Shown here piece by piece: positions 62,657 through 64,000 of a DNA stretch of 64,000 bases. Position 1 is the first letter of the stretch. The number at the start of each line of letters is the position of its first letter. This DNA is from Octopus bimaculoides (Eukaryota), in assembly GCF_001194135.2 (NCBI RefSeq), contig NC_068981.1:184226507-184290506 (forward strand). Reading direction: 5' to 3'. Made by a program: the position numbers and the translations under genes. A model generated the notes under the pieces. The model had not been told where the DNA came from, ran no database searches, and saw only the letters and a program-made list of their open reading frames with translations.

Positions 62657-64000
62657 CTTGGCTCAGACTGGCAACTGTTCACTTGTAAATGAAAAGAAGC
62701 CAAGTTATTTAACCTCAGATAAAAAGAAGACAGGTATTTTACAATGTTAATTTTGAGAGAGCTAAAATACAAAACTATAAAGATAAGAAAATAAAGTGCA
62801 ATGTAAGATTAAACAATCTTATTTTTTTCAGTAATAAGACAGATATGAGACATTTGGCTACCTTTTAATCAGTGATTATCTGTTTTTGTTTTTGCTTATC
62901 AGTTACATTATCTATATGAATAGGTTATATCATTAGGAGAAAACAATCATTAAAATAATTATCAACAAGATAAACTATATTCAGTTATGAAAAGACTGTC
63001 TCCAGTCCCCAGGCCCATTAACCCTTTTGTTACCAACTCGGCTTAAACTGGCTCTGGCGTTGAGTACACATATCTTGTTTTCATAAGTTCTGAATTAAAA
63101 TCTTCCACCAAACTTTAGTCACAATTTATGTTCCTAACACTAGCTTTATGATAACTAAGTTATTTTACTAAATCCTTTGTTATATTTAAAGTAATTGAAA
63201 GAAACACAGATCATCTCAAATGATGTTGGGGGGGGGGGACAAACACAAACACACATACACATATATATATACATATATACGACGGGCTTCTTTCAGTTTC
63301 CGTCTACCAAATCCACTCACAAGGCTTTGGTCGGCCTGAGGCTATAGTAGAAGACACTTGCCCAAGGTGCCACACAGTGGGACTGAACCCGGAACCATGT
63401 GGTTGGTAAGCAAGCTACTTACCACATAGCCACTCCTCCACCTGCATTGGTGAAAAGCAAGAGAAATACTGAAAACGACTGCACCAAGAAGTTTGAAGAA
63501 AAGTAAAATCTTATCCTGGATTGCCATTAGACGAAAAAAAAAATGTATTAATTGTCAATTGATATTTGTTCAACTACATATTTGAATATACAGGGAGCAG
63601 CAGAAAGGTTGCCTCGATTTCAAAGCTTAATAAAACCCAACACATGAAGATGCATGAAAAAACCTTGTATTTCTATGGAGTTCATTAAATGCCATTTTTG
63701 TTTTCTGTTTCAGGTACAACCCACCATGGCCTGGAGTGAAGAGCATCGTTTTCCCTTGTATCTTCATGTGTTTGTTTTGTTATTAACTTTGAAACTGAGG
63801 CAATTTTTCTGTAGTTAAGTCAGTATAATATAAGTTAATAGAACATTAGCTACTATATATATATAACATAAGAATCTTTAATTAGAAATACATAAGTACT
63901 GAGGGAAAGACATTAGACTAAACGAATAATGTTATTTTAATATAATTCCAATCAATAATATGAGGTAGCTTCAAGAGTAGAACACCTGTATGCATCCATC

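Overview
AT-rich, repeat-dense animal genomic DNA. The SINE families and (AT)n load look like octopus/cephalopod; this is an inference from recalled repeat families. Seven N-gaps are present. Two intron-rich genes face each other tail-to-tail and are nearly invisible in the ORF track; I assembled both by hand from GT-AG boundaries, phase continuity and recalled similarity to human proteins. (1) GTF2H4 (TFIIH p52/Tfb2), + strand: 13 coding exons from 87 to the stop at 16950; the first ~45 codons lie upstream of the window. (2) GPCPD1/GDE5-like glycerophosphocholine phosphodiesterase (CBM20 + GDPD), - strand: 17 coding exons from ATG 62656 to stop 24420, 1842 nt / 613 aa, with an intact catalytic motif set. 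Introns and the intergenic region hold tRNA-derived SINEs, RTE-type (ATG)n-tailed repeats, CR1-like LINE 3' fragments and piggyBac/hAT-type MITEs. Most notable non-genic signals: (a) several sequence-distinct short elements carrying minimal hammerhead-ribozyme motifs, in fold-back palindromes or inserted in (AT)n, resembling Penelope-like pseudo-LTR remnants, with one complete canonical motif at 39142-39230; (b) two near-identical ~565-bp Merlin-like MITEs with 8-bp TSDs and a central head-to-head (CCCTAA)n/(TTAGGG)n palindrome; (c) a 42-bp minisatellite that reads as a 14-aa Y/W/P/N-rich repeat; (d) an Asn codon at a normally Asp position of GPCPD1 that one A-to-I edit would restore.
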